Assembly: GCA_019058315.1 (NCBI GenBank)
Contig: JAHPZH010000001.1
Location: 1,265,432-1,329,431, forward strand
Origin: Candidatus Helarchaeota archaeon
Lineage (GTDB): Archaea; Asgardarchaeota; Lokiarchaeia; Helarchaeales; RDOG01
Length of the DNA: 64,000 bases
Reading direction: 5' to 3'
Part shown: in pieces, positions 61,572-64,000 of the stretch
Position numbering within the stretch: position 1 is the first letter of the stretch
Layout: each line of letters opens with the position of its first letter
The notes under the pieces: model-generated
What the model was told of the DNA's origin: nothing
Seen by the model: only the letters and a program-made list of their open reading frames with translations
The model's database searches: none
Translations under genes and position numbers: made by a program

Positions 61572-62024
61572 TTAAAATTTCGACATCCAATTACTTATAT
61601 TTTTATCTATTTCCTCTTCAAAAATATCTTTTAAAACTTCATGAAATCCTTGAAATTCTTGAGTATTATACGGTAATTTTTTAACTTGATGTTCGACCAA
61701 ATAGCTACCGTATTTTATGATGAATTGTTTTTGAATTTCTTCGATTTTCTTTTTTAAATATTTTTCTTTAATTTTACCCGAGCTTCTTAAAACAATAAAA
61801 ATATGGTATTCTTCTAGACTAGAAATTAATAATTTTGAACCTCCTAACTCGATTCTTTTGATTTTCTCTCCTTTGCTAATTGTTTCTAAAAAGGTCTGAA
61901 TACTGCTTAAGAACCCTGAGAATAGAGTCTCATCTACTGTTGTTTTCCCCTCTCTTCCTATAGAATGGTTGAATAAGCAGACTCCCGAGTCCTCGATTAT
62001 GTATACCTCGTCAATTTTTTCCAA
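61572..62024 (-). CDS. Stand-alone longin/roadblock-like domain protein
   Basis: VYIIEDSGVCLF...DETLFSGFLSSIQTFLETI...KIKRIELGGSKLLI pattern. Confidence 0.75.
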   Translation of the reverse strand: MEKIDEVYIIEDSGVCLFNHSIGREGKTTVDETLFSGFLSSIQTFLETISKGEKIKRIELGGSKLLISSLEEYHIFIVLRSSGKIKEKYLKKKIEEIQKQFIIKYGSYLVEHQVKKLPYNTQEFQGFHEVLKDIFEEEIDKNISNWMSKF

Positions 62025-62231
62025 TTTAGACCCATATTTTATTTTTAATTTAGAAATACCTTTTTATTGTTTATATTCATTTTTGTCTTAATTTAGCTCT
62101 AATACATTTTATAATTCTTAATTTCTTCTTTCTTTGATATAAACTTGATATGAATTATTAATTTATCCTTTGAGGTATCACAGAAAAAATTTAAATGATG
62201 GTAGTTATCTAAATTATAAAATTTCAAATTT

Positions 62232-63029
62232 GTGGGATATAAAATGTCGAGATTAACTTATGGATTTGAATTTACATGGAATAAATTAATGAATATATCT
62301 ATCTTAAATAATCCTATGGAAGTAGTTGGACTAGTATTTGTTCTGATATTGGAAGTTATAATGGTTTTATTAGTCTATCGAGCTTTTACGAGTTATAGGG
62401 AAACTAAAATGTTTGGAACTCTTTTATGGTTTTTAGCTTTTGTTACAATATTTGTCGGTGTTATTTTCTTAATTCTTGAAAAAGTTGCTTACTCGACTTT
62501 AGGTAATATGGGACTGGGAGACCTTATGACAATACTAGCATTGACCCTATCTGGTGCAGGCATTGTTTGCTTTGATATATTTTCTTTTCATACTGCATAT
62601 CCTGACTATGAAAAGGTACTATCAGTATTAGTAGCAGCACTAGCAGCAACATATATTGGTGCATTATCTTTTGCTATAGCGACTGGAAGTCCAAATTCAG
62701 AAATTATAAATAATGAACCAGTATATAGTCTAGGGTTTGATATAATTGCATACATTACACTTATTCCTCTATTGACGATAGCACCTCTGGTTTTTTTCTA
62801 TTTTTATTGGAGAAATCGTGATAAAGAAAGAGGTCAAGCACTAAGAGGTCTATGGATCGGTATCGCGTTCTCCTTTTTTGCAGTCGGGTATATTTCTGAA
62901 GCTGCCCCTTACTTTCCTGCGGGACTAGCAGCACCTCTTCGCATTTTACATCTTATTGCAGCGACAATACTATATATCTGCTTAACTATGCCAGATTGGT
63001 TCAAAAACAGAATCGGATGGATTGATTAA
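62232..63029 (+). CDS. 7TM membrane protein, paralog 3
   Basis: Seven hydrophobic segments; YSTLGNMGLGDL; ends YICLTMPDWFKNRIGWID; start may be ATG 62244. Confidence 0.8.
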   Translation: MGYKMSRLTYGFEFTWNKLMNISILNNPMEVVGLVFVLILEVIMVLLVYRAFTSYRETKMFGTLLWFLAFVTIFVGVIFLILEKVAYSTLGNMGLGDLMTILALTLSGAGIVCFDIFSFHTAYPDYEKVLSVLVAALAATYIGALSFAIATGSPNSEIINNEPVYSLGFDIIAYITLIPLLTIAPLVFFYFYWRNRDKERGQALRGLWIGIAFSFFAVGYISEAAPYFPAGLAAPLRILHLIAATILYICLTMPDWFKNRIGWID

Positions 63030-63158
63030 ACGAATTTTAAGATTATATCTATTTTTTCCTTTTTTTCTTTTATTTTTTAAGTTATATTAAACAATCAATT
63101 TTTAATTTAAAATAGAATTTTACATAGAATATTAATTTGAAACAGATTTTAATTAATA

Positions 63159-64000
63159 ATGGTGGAATATCTTGTCTCTAGTTCTAAAAAATGGTTCGGT
63201 TTTTGTTGAAAACGAATTTAAAAAAGTGGATGTATTTATAAAAGATGGTAAAATTGAGAAATTAACAAATGCAGAACCATTACACAATTATAAAATTATT
63301 AATATTGAGGGAAAATACGTAATTCCAGCTTGTATCGATCCGCATGTTCACATTTACAAAGGGAAGGAAGATTATTTAAGTGCATCAAAAGCTGCTTTAT
63401 GTGGAGGATATACCACAATTTTTTTAATGCCATTTGGAAATGGAGATTCCGCTACTTCACCTAATTTTTACGAAAAAAAGAAAAATTTTGCAAAAGATCT
63501 TTTAATAGATTTTAGCATTCATGCGGGTGCTACAGCTGTAAATCAACCAGAAATTAAAAAATTTGCTGAAAATGGAGTTTTGACGTTTAAAATTTTTCTT
63601 CCATTCAGCTCGCATGATTTTCCTACCCCAGAAAATGAATATGAATTAATAGATGTATTTAAATCAATTTCAAGTGTTGGTGGATTAGCACTTATTCATG
63701 CTGAAAATAGGGTAGCAATTGAATCTTTTAGAAATAAATTTTTAATGGAGGGAAAAACTGACCCTTTGGATTTCATGTATTCCAGACCTGTTCTTGCTGA
63801 AGTAGAAGCGGTCACAAATTGTATTTTATTCGCTAATTTAACAAATTGTCCAATATATTTCGTTCATATTAGTACAGGAACAGCATCTGAAATTATAGAT
63901 TATGCAAAAAAGCAAAATCAAATAGTATTTGCTGAAACATGTCCCCAATATCTGATGTTAAATGAAGAAATCTATAAAGAAAAAGGATCACTTGCACGAG
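63159..64000 (+). CDS. Cyclic amidohydrolase (dihydroorotase/allantoinase/hydantoinase family), partial; absent from the ORF track
   Basis: Manual translation: VIPACIDPHVH, SKAALCGGYTT, TFKIF, IHAEN, SRP..AE, VHIST, AETCPQYL. Confidence 0.9.

Overview
AT-rich archaeal genomic window, most consistent with an Asgard archaeon (Lokiarchaeia/Helarchaeales-like). This is an inference from archaeal core genes (fibrillarin-Nop5, Cdc6/Orc1, RadA, aIF-1A, Elp3, Clp1-like kinase) occurring with Rab-like small GTPases and several longin/roadblock-like domains. The left part (1-27 kb) is mostly housekeeping and metabolic genes plus two DNA methyltransferases. The right part (27-63 kb) is accessory. It holds three tandem ~1130-aa TPR-like solenoid proteins with a C-terminal longin-like domain, three paralogous 7TM proteins each next to a longin-domain gene, one 7TM-longin fusion with a decayed longin remnant upstream, a small insert with a PLD-nuclease, and two membrane-anchored repeat propeller proteins. 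It also has a locus combining GH78, sulfatase, sulfatase maturase, corrinoid protein and four MtaA/UroD-family genes. The best candidate for an undescribed system is a 7TM receptor / longin / TPR / Rab-like GTPase signalling module. No rRNA, tRNA, CRISPR array, transposase or reverse transcriptase was seen. All calls come from motif reading by eye; no searches were run.
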